A stretch of DNA of 35,243 bases from a virus. Lineage: Duplodnaviria > Caudoviricetes. Below the pieces are notes generated by a model. The model was not told the DNA's origin, searched no databases, and saw nothing but the letters and a program-made list of their open reading frames with translations. The position numbers were made by a program, and so were the translations under genes. Positions 8,708 to 17,277 of the stretch are shown one piece after another (position 1 is the stretch's first letter; each line of letters opens with the position of its first letter). The stretch is from the IMG/VR virus record IMGVR_UViG_3300020042_006044, positions 1 to 35,243 of that record. One strand, written 5' to 3'.

Positions 8708-8909
8708 CAAAGATATTAACTCTATGGTTAAAGAGTTACTTAGACATGGGTGGGTTGTTATCCGCAAGAACAAACACGTCAAGCTACAATCCCCAACAGG
8801 GAAGACTACAGCCGTGCCATCCACACCGAGCGATGTAAGAGCAGTATTAAATTTTAGAGCCGACATTAAAAGAATGGAACTGGCATCAACAGGAGAACAG
8901 CATGACTAG
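8691..8909 (+). CDS. HicA-like small protein
   Basis: GW...KHVKL.SPTG...VPSTPSD.RA..N (HicA-type dsRBD-like fold signature). Confidence 0.7.
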   Translation: MKYSHNKDINSMVKELLRHGWVVIRKNKHVKLQSPTGKTTAVPSTPSDVRAVLNFRADIKRMELASTGEQHD

Positions 8910-9057
8910 CTTATACGGCGCAGTAACATTAAGCCCAACAACTAAACAAATTAAAGACAGAGACAAAAAAGTAAAAGAAGCAATTGAATATCTTGGTGAT
9001 AGATACTTATTAGCGACACCTATGGAGAAACTAAATGGGAGTACAACATGCAAGTAG
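8902..9057 (+). CDS. Small hypothetical protein (51 aa, not in track)
   Basis: AGGAG RBS; MTSLYGAV...KVKEAIEYLGDRYLLATP. Confidence 0.65.
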   Translation: MTSLYGAVTLSPTTKQIKDRDKKVKEAIEYLGDRYLLATPMEKLNGSTTCK

Positions 9058-9479
9058 AAGCGTCAATCGAAGGTCAAAACAACCGTATACGAATACTAGA
9101 CTACATGGAAGGTAAAAAAGTAACTAGTAAAGAAATACAAGAAGCACTAAACCTATCTAAATGTCAGATAGACCACTTCATAAAAGTCTTGCGTAACTCT
9201 AGGCATATCTATAGGGAACGTTTAACTGGCTGTTCATATTTGTATGGGCGCACAAGTGTGGGATATATTGAAAAAAACTATTCTAAACTTTTAGACAAAG
9301 CTACAGATGAAGAACTAACAGAAGTAGATGTGGAAGACACAATTGAATTGAAACCTACAGTGCCTCATGCTCGCGTCGTTAGATTGTTAAGAAAGCCATT
9401 ACCTCCAGCTCCAAAATCTAAACGTAAGAGTATGTATAGTGGGATGCAAAGTAGTATGGGGATGTTTGATGGATATTAA
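9048..9479 (+). CDS. Winged-helix/HTH DNA-binding protein
   Basis: RILDYM...TSKEIQEALNLSKCQIDHFIKVLR. Confidence 0.65.
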   Translation: MQVEASIEGQNNRIRILDYMEGKKVTSKEIQEALNLSKCQIDHFIKVLRNSRHIYRERLTGCSYLYGRTSVGYIEKNYSKLLDKATDEELTEVDVEDTIELKPTVPHARVVRLLRKPLPPAPKSKRKSMYSGMQSSMGMFDGY

Positions 9480-9774
9480 AATTAGTTATGATAAATGGGT
9501 GAATGGAGTAAAAGTTATGGGAAGCGGAGCAGATAAAGAATGGGAAGATGTTTTGGTAGAGCAAGAACTAACTGCTTTAGACAAACAAGAAGGTGGCAAC
9601 CACTACAAGGACATGGCGATACAGCCTGTAGAGTTTATCACAGCTAATAATCTTGGGTTCTTGGAAGGCAACGTGGTGAAGTATATCTGTAGGCATCATG
9701 CTAAGAACGGGGCTGAGGATATTAAGAAGGCAATCCACTATTGCGAGATGCTATTACAAACGAAGTATAAATAA
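9469..9774 (+). CDS. DUF3310 (SaV / T7 gp1.7 nucleotide-kinase-like) protein
   Basis: QEGGNHY...IQPVEFI...FLEGNVVKY..R...KNG.EDIKKA.HY; start likely ATG 9469. Confidence 0.85.
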   Translation: MDIKISYDKWVNGVKVMGSGADKEWEDVLVEQELTALDKQEGGNHYKDMAIQPVEFITANNLGFLEGNVVKYICRHHAKNGAEDIKKAIHYCEMLLQTKYK

Positions 9775-9908
9775 TGTGGGTTCTGCTTGATGATGAAGGC
9801 GAAGTGATTAGGCGGTTTAATTACCCAGCTAAGAACGCAGTAGAGGTAGTAGAAAAGAAGTTATCGTATATGGAATTATTAGAACAACTAGGAGAATGTT
9901 TATTATGA
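9774..9908 (+). CDS. Small hypothetical protein (44 aa, not in track)
   Basis: TAATG coupling upstream and ATGA coupling downstream; MWVLLDDEGEVIRRFNYPA... Confidence 0.65.
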   Translation: MWVLLDDEGEVIRRFNYPAKNAVEVVEKKLSYMELLEQLGECLL

Positions 9909-10108
9909 GTGAACCACAAGGAGCGGGAGTACCGCTTACAGACGCACAGTTGCGTGAGGCATTAACTAAGATGCACGTAGGTTTAGTTACCATGCAAGAA
10001 CGGCTTGATGACCACGAGAAGGTATTAGAGAAGTTACTACTTGTCATGCAAGAACTGACCGCTGGGCATGTACCTAACGGATTTAGACAACCATCAAAGG
10101 TAAATTAA
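9905..10108 (+). CDS. Small coiled-coil hypothetical protein
   Basis: AGGAG RBS; ATG at 9905. Confidence 0.65.
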   Translation: MSEPQGAGVPLTDAQLREALTKMHVGLVTMQERLDDHEKVLEKLLLVMQELTAGHVPNGFRQPSKVN

Positions 10109-10109
10109 A

Positions 10110-10280
10110 ATGAAAGATAAAAAATTGTGGCTACATAAATGGATGTGGTGGAGTAAAGGCGAGTGTGTCGTTGAAGTATTAAAAACAGGACACTATCCTA
10201 CATCCGCTATGGTTAGATTACCTAATGATAAAGAAATTGAAATAGACACCAACGAACTAGAGATGCCAAATGATGTATAA
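10110..10280 (+). CDS. Small hypothetical protein (56 aa, not in track)
   Basis: MKDKKLWLHKWMWWSKGECVVEVLKTGHYPTS...; fills the gap exactly. Confidence 0.6.
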   Translation: MKDKKLWLHKWMWWSKGECVVEVLKTGHYPTSAMVRLPNDKEIEIDTNELEMPNDV

Positions 10281-10440
10281 GGTGATTGAATATATGCTCT
10301 GTTACGCAGTGGCTTTCTTCTTAGGGTTTTTGGCTTGTGCATTGTGTGTAATGTTTATAGTGTACAACCAAATTCGAAATGCAAAAATAAAAGCCGTTAA
10401 TTTAATACGCATGAAACATGCACGGAGGGATAGACGATGA
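10270..10440 (+). CDS. Small membrane protein (56 aa, not in track)
   Basis: Hydrophobic YMLCYAVAFFLGFLACALCVMFIV then a basic tail; ATGA overlap. Confidence 0.6.
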   Translation: MMYKVIEYMLCYAVAFFLGFLACALCVMFIVYNQIRNAKIKAVNLIRMKHARRDRR

Positions 10441-10880
10441 GTTGGAACTATAGAGTGATGGAGTTTGAAGATGAAGTCGGAGGTAAGTATTATGAGATTA
10501 AAGAAGTCTACTATAATCGTGATGGGAGCCTTATGGGTTACTGTGACGCTAGTGTCAGTGGTGGGTCTTTTAGTGACATTATTAGCACCCTCGACATGAT
10601 GAAAACAGACGCACATAAAGCCGTACTTAAACCTAGTGACTTTGAAGGAGAGCAAGATGATGAATCCACCGAAATGGATGAAACAAAGGTAACATCCACC
10701 ACAACATCCACAAAAATGGATGAAACTGAAGACCCGTTGTGTAAAATATGTGGTAAAGTTCTAGGTAGTACTAAAGAATGTGCATGGACAGGATGCCCAC
10801 TTAATTGGGGCGATGAAGCCTCAGAAAAAAGGCAAGACATCATCGGGCAGAATGGTAACGTAGGATATGGGGAAGAATAG
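10437..10880 (+). CDS. Hypothetical protein, apparent two-module fusion
   Basis: MSWNYRV...YEIKEVYY module, duplicated linker, then a CxxC/CxxxxC + DIIGQNGN module. Confidence 0.75.
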   Translation: MSWNYRVMEFEDEVGGKYYEIKEVYYNRDGSLMGYCDASVSGGSFSDIISTLDMMKTDAHKAVLKPSDFEGEQDDESTEMDETKVTSTTTSTKMDETEDPLCKICGKVLGSTKECAWTGCPLNWGDEASEKRQDIIGQNGNVGYGEE

Positions 10881-10882
10881 TA

Positions 10883-11077
10883 ATGGCTGATGAAGCAGAT
10901 TTAGCGCAATCGCATTTAGAAGCGGAAGATATTATCCGTAGGAAGTACACAAAGAAGCCAGCGTTAGAAGCTGAACCAACAGGCGAGTGCTTAAACTGCT
11001 ACGAACCCGTGTCTCTCGGCATGAGGTGGTGTGATAAAGACTGCCAAGATGATTGGCAAAAACGGAGAGCAAGATGA
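10883..11077 (+). CDS. TraR/DksA-like C4 zinc-finger protein
   Basis: MADEADLAQ (DxxDxA) plus CLNC...WCDKDC. Confidence 0.8.
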   Translation: MADEADLAQSHLEAEDIIRRKYTKKPALEAEPTGECLNCYEPVSLGMRWCDKDCQDDWQKRRAR

Positions 11078-12939
11078 ACATAGTCACGTTAGACTTTGAG
11101 ACATACTACGCTCAAAACTTTTCCCTAACAAAACTAACTACTGAGGAATATATCAGAAGCCACCAATTCCAAGTCATCGGAGTGGCGGTTAAAGTTAATG
11201 ACGGTGAGACTATATGGGCTAGTGGTGGTCGTGAAGTTAAATTACTACTAGAGACAATTGATTGGTCAGATGCTATGGTGCTATGCCATAACACACTATT
11301 CGATGGCGCTATTTTGTCGTTTAGATATGACATTGTTCCAGCTGTATATTTAGATACTCTAAGCATGGCTCGCGCTATACACGGTGTAGATGCGGGCGGC
11401 TCACTAAAAGTTTTAGCTGAACGATACAATATTGGTGTCAAAGGCGAGGAAGTTATCGAGGCTAAAGGTAAACGCTTAGAAGACTTTGACCCTAAAGACT
11501 TAAAACAGTATGGCGAGTATTGTAAGAATGACGTTAAGCTAACCTATGATTTATTTAATATTTTAGCGAAAGACTTTCCATTCAACGAACTTAAGCTAAT
11601 AGATATGACAATCCGTATGTTCACTCAGCCTAAGCTTGAGGTGGATGATGCGATGCTTGTTGAACGGCTAGAGGAAGTACAGGAAGAAAAGACTCAGTTG
11701 CTACAAAGTTTGATGGTTAAATTAAACTGCGACAACGAAGAAGACGTACGTAAGAAGTTGGCTAGTAACCCGCAGTTCGCTGGGGTACTATTAGAGTTCG
11801 GTGTTGAACCACCAATGAAAGAGAGTAAGGCAACAGGAAAACAGACGTACGCACTTGCAAAGAATGATGAAGGTTTTATAGAGTTAACCGAACATGAAGA
11901 CCCATTTATTCAAATGCTTTGTGCTGTACGTCTTGGTACTAAGTCTACCATTGAAGAATCTCGTATACAACGTTTTCTTAGTATTGGTTCCCGGAATAAA
12001 GGTAAGTTACCTATCCCATTAAAATATTATGGCGCACACACAGGGAGGTGGGCTGGTAGTGACAAGGTTAACTTTCAAAACTTACCTAGTCGGGATAAGA
12101 AAAAGAAGGCTCTTAAAAACGCAGTAGTTGCACCCGAAGGATACCAAGTAATTAATTGTGACTCTTCTCAGATTGAGGCGCGGGTACTTGTATGGCTTGC
12201 AGGGCAAGATGAAGTAATTAAACAGTTTGCTAATGGCGACGATGTTTACAGCGTATTTGCATCTAAAGTTTATGACCGCCCAATAACTAAGAAAGACCCA
12301 GTTGAACGCTTTGTTGGTAAGACTTGTGTACTAGGTCTAGGCTATGGCACAGGGTGGGCGAAGCTACAACACACTCTTAAAACACAACCACCAAGCGCAG
12401 TGCTAACAGAAGATGAATGTCGCAACCTAGTTGATATCTATCGTGAATTAAACGATAAGGTGATAGAACTCTGGGCGGAATGTGATAGCGTACTAGGCGA
12501 CTTAGCTGACTGGCCTCCTAATAAGAAACCCTATTGGCTAGGTAAGAATAATTGCTTGTTCGTAACTCCGAAAGGCATAAGGCTTCCCAATGGCTTATAT
12601 ATAACCTACCCACAGTTACATTGGGACACATCAGAGACACGAGGTAAGTATAAATATAAATCACGCAAAGGCACGGTGTCTATATGGGGTGGCTCGGTAG
12701 TAGAGAACGTGGTGCAAGCATTAGCTAGGATTATCGTAGGCGAACAGATGATTAAAGTTAATGATATATACCCAGTAGTCCTAACAGTACATGATGCGGC
12801 AGTGTGTGTAGTACCAACAGATGTAGCTAGTAGCGCATTAGAGTCAATTATGAGTATAATGAGTGAACCGCCCGAATGGGGAAAAGACTTACCTATTTCC
12901 TGTGAAGGCAAATATGCCCCTAGCTACGGAGAATGTTAA
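11074..12939 (+). CDS. polA: Family A DNA polymerase with 3'-5' exonuclease
   Basis: Exo motifs DFETY, HNxxFD, YCxND; TGRW; motif A DSSQIEAR; motif B RxxxKTCVLGLGYG; motif C VHD; start ATG 11074 after GGAG. Confidence 0.95.
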   Translation: MNIVTLDFETYYAQNFSLTKLTTEEYIRSHQFQVIGVAVKVNDGETIWASGGREVKLLLETIDWSDAMVLCHNTLFDGAILSFRYDIVPAVYLDTLSMARAIHGVDAGGSLKVLAERYNIGVKGEEVIEAKGKRLEDFDPKDLKQYGEYCKNDVKLTYDLFNILAKDFPFNELKLIDMTIRMFTQPKLEVDDAMLVERLEEVQEEKTQLLQSLMVKLNCDNEEDVRKKLASNPQFAGVLLEFGVEPPMKESKATGKQTYALAKNDEGFIELTEHEDPFIQMLCAVRLGTKSTIEESRIQRFLSIGSRNKGKLPIPLKYYGAHTGRWAGSDKVNFQNLPSRDKKKKALKNAVVAPEGYQVINCDSSQIEARVLVWLAGQDEVIKQFANGDDVYSVFASKVYDRPITKKDPVERFVGKTCVLGLGYGTGWAKLQHTLKTQPPSAVLTEDECRNLVDIYRELNDKVIELWAECDSVLGDLADWPPNKKPYWLGKNNCLFVTPKGIRLPNGLYITYPQLHWDTSETRGKYKYKSRKGTVSIWGGSVVENVVQALARIIVGEQMIKVNDIYPVVLTVHDAAVCVVPTDVASSALESIMSIMSEPPEWGKDLPISCEGKYAPSYGEC

Positions 12940-13592
12940 TGGAATTTACTTGGTCGTACTCATCACTAAAGCAGTATCTTAATTGCCCTAAACAGTATCA
13001 AGAAATTAAAGTATTAAAGAACTTTGAATCATCAGACACACCGCAAACTATATACGGTAGAGAAGTACATAAAGCTTTAGAGGATTATGTTCGTGACAGT
13101 ATTCCTCTAGCGAAGAATTATCAAGGCTTCAAAGGTGTAGTAGATGAATTGATTGCTATCAAGGGCGATAAATATTGCGAGCATGAGATGGCACTTGGTA
13201 AAGACAGGCAACCATGTGAGTTTAACGACGAGAATAGGTGGGTGCGGGGTGTTGTCGACTTACTTATTGTTGATGGAGACACCGCGTATATCATTGACTA
13301 CAAGACAGGCAGTGATAAATATGCCGACTCCACTCAACTACGTCTTATGGCGTTAATGACCTTTGCTCATTTTCCCGAAGTAAACCATATAAAAGGTGGG
13401 CTGTTATTTATATTAAAGAACAGTTTTATCTCAGAAGAGTATAATAGAAGTGAGATTGATAAATCGTGGGAACATTTTTTACCATCACTTGAACGTTTAG
13501 ATATGTCATATGAGTCGGGTAAATGGATGGCTAACCCCACCCCATTATGCAGGTACTGCCCAGTGCATAGCTGTGAGTTTAATAAAGGATAG
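12939..13592 (+). CDS. Cas4/AddB-like PD-(D/E)xK exonuclease
   Basis: SYSSL...CP, G.EVH, E, VD, DYKTG, QLxLxA, C-terminal CRYC...C (Fe-S staple). Confidence 0.9.
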   Translation: MEFTWSYSSLKQYLNCPKQYQEIKVLKNFESSDTPQTIYGREVHKALEDYVRDSIPLAKNYQGFKGVVDELIAIKGDKYCEHEMALGKDRQPCEFNDENRWVRGVVDLLIVDGDTAYIIDYKTGSDKYADSTQLRLMALMTFAHFPEVNHIKGGLLFILKNSFISEEYNRSEIDKSWEHFLPSLERLDMSYESGKWMANPTPLCRYCPVHSCEFNKG

Positions 13593-13595
13593 ACG

Positions 13596-13907
13596 ATGGC
13601 TTACGTAAACAAACCAAGACCGTATAAAAAAGAATACGAGCAACAAAAAGAACGTGGAGAACTTGAGCGTCGCATGGAAAGACAACGTGGTCGCCGTGCT
13701 ATTGATAAACGTGATACAGGTACTGTCACTAAGAAATCTCCTAAACGTGATGGCAAAGATGTAGCGCATGTAGTAGCACTAGATAAAGGCGGCGGTAATA
13801 AAAACGGTCTACGTATTGAATCCGCCTCAAAGAATCGCTCATTTAAACGTGACTCACAAGGCAATCTAGTTTCAGAAACAAGTAAAAAAGAATCCAAAAA
13901 GAAGTAA
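13596..13907 (+). CDS. HNH-like basic endonuclease
   Basis: DVAHVVALDKGG.N...NRS beta-beta-alpha-Me pattern. Confidence 0.7.
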   Translation: MAYVNKPRPYKKEYEQQKERGELERRMERQRGRRAIDKRDTGTVTKKSPKRDGKDVAHVVALDKGGGNKNGLRIESASKNRSFKRDSQGNLVSETSKKESKKK

Positions 13908-13915
13908 AGTATTAT

Positions 13916-13945
13916 TTGACATTCCACACTCTTCTGTGATATCTT
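13916..13945 (+). promoter_or_regulatory. Sigma70-type promoter upstream of the helicase
   Basis: TTGACA 13916-13921, 18-nt spacer, extended -10 TGaTATCTT 13937-13945. Confidence 0.7.
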
Positions 13946-13946
13946 A

Positions 13947-13971
13947 GACCCTAGTCACTATAGTTAGGGTC
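13947..13971 (+). promoter_or_regulatory. Hairpin covering the helicase Shine-Dalgarno
   Basis: GACCCTA (13947-13953) pairs with TAGGGTC (13965-13971); ATG at 13975. Confidence 0.65.
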
Positions 13972-13974
13972 AGT

Positions 13975-15540
13975 ATGGAATTAGTAGATAACACAGTATT
14001 AAAAATCACCGTGCCTAAGCACATAGTACCTCACATCACTACTAACATTGAGAGAAGTGAAATAATTGAGTGGCGCGGTGATATAGCGGAAATGGCGGTC
14101 TATTGGGGCTTAGAAGAAATGACTAGGCTTAATGAGATTATTTCATTCCGTGAAAACCTACCCTCCCCCATCGCTAGAGACTATAAATGGCCTGGCCTCT
14201 ATACTCCGTTTGACCATCAGAGAACAACAGCTGAGTTTCTTTCAGTATATCGCAGAGCATTTTGTTTTAACGAAGCTGGTACAGGCAAGACTTCATCAGT
14301 AATATGGGCGGCAGACTACCTAATGGAACACAGCAATGTTAAGCGTGTGCTAATTGTATGCCCACTATCTATTATGGACTCAGCTTGGAAAGCGGATATA
14401 TTCAAAACGGCAATGCACCGCACAGTAGCAATTGCACACGGCACGGCAGATAAACGCGAAAAGATTATTAGAGGCGAGTATGAGTTTGTAATTATTAACT
14501 ATGATGGTGTTGGTGTAGTTAGAGACGCTATCGCTGAAGAATGTTTTGATTTAATCGTAATTGACGAAGCTAATGCTTATAAGACAACCAGCACATCTCG
14601 CTGGAAAACGTTAGCTAAAATACTAAAACCATCAACTCGTCTTTGGATGCTAACTGGAACACCCGCGTCACAATCCCCTTTAGATGCATACGGCCTAGCT
14701 AGGCTAGTCAGCCCCGATAGAGTTCCTAAGTTCGCCAATGCATGGCGTGATAAAGTCATGAACCAACTCTCCCGCTTCAAGTGGGTACCAAAGTCAACTT
14801 CAAAAGATGATGTATTTAAAGCCCTTCAACCAGCTATAAGGTTTGCTAAAAATGATTGCCTCGACTTACCCGAAGTTATGTATCAAACGAGAGATATCCC
14901 GCTTACTCCTCAAGCGCAAAAATACTATAAAGCCCTCAAGGACAATTTCCTTATCCAAGCAGCAGGCGAACAGATTACTGCGGTCAATGCAGCCTCAAAC
15001 CTTAATAAACTCTTACAATTATCAGGCGGTGCCATCTATACGGACAAGAAAGATATTGTTGAGTTTGATGTATCACCTCGTTTTGCGGCGCTCCACGAAG
15101 TCTTGGAAGAAACAGAACATAAGGTCATTATTTTCGTGCCGTACAGGCACACTATAAATATGGTGTCTAATAATTTAATTAAACATGGTATCTCTCATGC
15201 AATTATTAACGGCGACGTATCAGCAAATGACCGCGCTACTATTATTAGAAACTTTCAGACAATGCCAGACCCGCATGTGCTGGTAATTCAACCTCAATCG
15301 GCATCGCACGGTGTGACGCTAACTGCGGCAAATACGGTGGTCTTTTGGTCGCCTGTTATGAGTGTAGAAACATATTTACAATGTATCGCTCGTATTGATA
15401 GGTATGGGCAGAAAAATAAAATGACAGTTGTACATTTACAGGGTTCAGATGTTGAGCGTAAAATGTATAAGATGTTGCAAGGGAAAGTCGATATGCATAC
15501 TAAGCTTGTCGATTTGTATAGGGAAGAGTTGGATTCTTAA
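13975..15540 (+). CDS. SNF2-family (SF2) DNA helicase
   Basis: FDHQ, EAGTGKT, VCPLS, IDEA, LTGTP, HGVTL, QCIARIDRYGQ. Confidence 0.93.
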   Translation: MELVDNTVLKITVPKHIVPHITTNIERSEIIEWRGDIAEMAVYWGLEEMTRLNEIISFRENLPSPIARDYKWPGLYTPFDHQRTTAEFLSVYRRAFCFNEAGTGKTSSVIWAADYLMEHSNVKRVLIVCPLSIMDSAWKADIFKTAMHRTVAIAHGTADKREKIIRGEYEFVIINYDGVGVVRDAIAEECFDLIVIDEANAYKTTSTSRWKTLAKILKPSTRLWMLTGTPASQSPLDAYGLARLVSPDRVPKFANAWRDKVMNQLSRFKWVPKSTSKDDVFKALQPAIRFAKNDCLDLPEVMYQTRDIPLTPQAQKYYKALKDNFLIQAAGEQITAVNAASNLNKLLQLSGGAIYTDKKDIVEFDVSPRFAALHEVLEETEHKVIIFVPYRHTINMVSNNLIKHGISHAIINGDVSANDRATIIRNFQTMPDPHVLVIQPQSASHGVTLTAANTVVFWSPVMSVETYLQCIARIDRYGQKNKMTVVHLQGSDVERKMYKMLQGKVDMHTKLVDLYREELDS

Positions 15541-15556
15541 ATTTTGGAGAAATGTA

Positions 15557-15973
15557 ATGGAAGATGAAAAAATTGAATTAGATGAATTAGTAAAAATATA
15601 CTTGACAATAAGACGTGAACGTGAAATACTAGCCCAACAGTTTGAAGCTAAGGATGCTGAGTTAAAAAGCGAAATGGCTTCTATTGAGCACGTAATGTTA
15701 GCCGAGTGTAATAGCATCAATGCTGAAAGTATTAAGACAGGCAACGGTACTATTATTAAGTCTCTTAAAGAAAGTTTTGTGTGTGGTGATTGGGATAATT
15801 TTAAGACTTTTATCCTTGAAAATCAGGCAGTTGAGTTACTGCAACAACGTATCCATCAGTCTAATTTCAAAGAGTTTTTATCTCAGCACGAGCATGATGG
15901 CTTACCCCCAGGGATTAACGTATTACGTGAGTTTAATATTGTTGTGCGGAAGCCAACAATCAAATCAGTTTAA
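15557..15973 (+). CDS. Conserved replication-module coiled-coil protein
   Basis: GGAG RBS before ATG 15557; coiled coil, then DWDNF...LLQQRI...PPG. Confidence 0.75.
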   Translation: MEDEKIELDELVKIYLTIRREREILAQQFEAKDAELKSEMASIEHVMLAECNSINAESIKTGNGTIIKSLKESFVCGDWDNFKTFILENQAVELLQQRIHQSNFKEFLSQHEHDGLPPGINVLREFNIVVRKPTIKSV

Positions 15974-15988
15974 TTTAGTGAGGATATT

Positions 15989-16861
15989 ATGAGTACAGAT
16001 TTAGCAAATATTTTAGCAAGTAACCCAGCGCTTATTGAAACAGGTCTAGACGAAGACACGCTTGCCGTAGCTGGTGGTAGTGGTAATCAGACTAAGCGTT
16101 TATCAATTAAAGGCGGTGTATTCCGCAAAATGTCTGGTGGTAAAGAAATCGGTGCTATTGAAGACCGCCACATGAACGTGATTATTGTTAAGATGGCACA
16201 TAGTGCATCTCGTACATTTTATTCACAGGGATACAAAGAAGGTGAAAAGGTTAGTCCAGTATGTTGGTCTAATGATTCTCGTATACCAGATGCAGAAGTA
16301 AAATCACCACAAGCGGCATCATGTGAAACTTGTCAATTTAGCGCTAAAGGTTCTGGTGCTAATGGTACTGGCACTGCTTGTCGTTTGTCATGGCGTGCGG
16401 CTGTTGTTTTACCTAATGACCCAGCTGGCGATGTTATGCAGTTAGTTCTTCCAGCTACATCATGTTTTGGTAAAGAGGACAATGGTAAATTCCCATTCCG
16501 CCCATATATTCAAACACTTGCAAACCACAATGTAAGTGCTGGTCGTATCATTACGCGTATGCAGTTTGATACAAAATCACCAACACCTAAAGTATTGTTT
16601 TCACCAGCTGGTGCAGTAGACCCTAACGATAAAGAAACTATTTTACGTCAGTCTAAAAGTCATGCGGCAGAACAAGCTATTAAACTTACTGTTTTCCAAG
16701 CAGATAGTACAGACGTAGCGGAGTCAGAAGAATTTGCGCCAGCTACAAATAGTGCACCAAAAGCAGAATTTTCAGAGCCAACTCTACAAGCATCAGAACA
16801 GTCAAAAGCTGAAAAAGTAAACGATATTAAAGATGTCGTTAATAAATGGTCAAAGAAATAA
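15989..16861 (+). CDS. Putative ssDNA-binding/annealing protein
   Basis: Position in the replication module; Cys cluster (PVCWS, CETC, ACR); acidic flexible tail ending in W. Confidence 0.55.
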   Translation: MSTDLANILASNPALIETGLDEDTLAVAGGSGNQTKRLSIKGGVFRKMSGGKEIGAIEDRHMNVIIVKMAHSASRTFYSQGYKEGEKVSPVCWSNDSRIPDAEVKSPQAASCETCQFSAKGSGANGTGTACRLSWRAAVVLPNDPAGDVMQLVLPATSCFGKEDNGKFPFRPYIQTLANHNVSAGRIITRMQFDTKSPTPKVLFSPAGAVDPNDKETILRQSKSHAAEQAIKLTVFQADSTDVAESEEFAPATNSAPKAEFSEPTLQASEQSKAEKVNDIKDVVNKWSKK

Positions 16862-16872
16862 GGGAGTAGGAA

Positions 16873-17202
16873 ATGCCACGGAATTACAGTGAAGAATTTT
16901 TAATTGAGGTGCATCACTTAGATGCAGAACGTCTTGGTGTTCAATTTGCTAAGGTTTGTATCAAAGCTAATTTGCCAGCTATGTATGTGGCTAATGCTTT
17001 AGGTGTGTCTCGCATGACAGTCTACAGCTGGTTTCGTGGTAAACCTTTACGGGATAAAAACGCTACTCTTGTTAAGTCATTTATGAAATTAATAAATGAA
17101 GCTATGACTATAGGAGCCCTACCAGCGCCTACTTTTGTTAAAGCTAAAGAGTTTGTAGTATTAAGCACAGATAAACTGCGCCCGCAGACTAACGTTAGCT
17201 AG
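16873..17202 (+). CDS. HTH DNA-binding protein
   Basis: AMYVANALGVSRMTVYSWFRG (Cro/XRE-type HTH). Confidence 0.8.
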   Translation: MPRNYSEEFLIEVHHLDAERLGVQFAKVCIKANLPAMYVANALGVSRMTVYSWFRGKPLRDKNATLVKSFMKLINEAMTIGALPAPTFVKAKEFVVLSTDKLRPQTNVS

Positions 17203-17229
17203 AACGTTGCCCTCGAAATACTAGCCAGT

Positions 17230-17251
17230 GGGGGTGCAAAGCCCCCTTTTT
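17230..17251 (+). terminator. Rho-independent terminator
   Basis: GGGGGT-GCAAA-GCCCCC followed by TTTTT. Confidence 0.75.
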
Positions 17252-17277
17252 ATTCCCCAAAATTATGAGTTGCGCAT

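Noticed and set aside
13596-13907. HNH-like gene as an intron or intein-associated homing element
   Set aside because: Free-standing; neighbouring genes are uninterrupted
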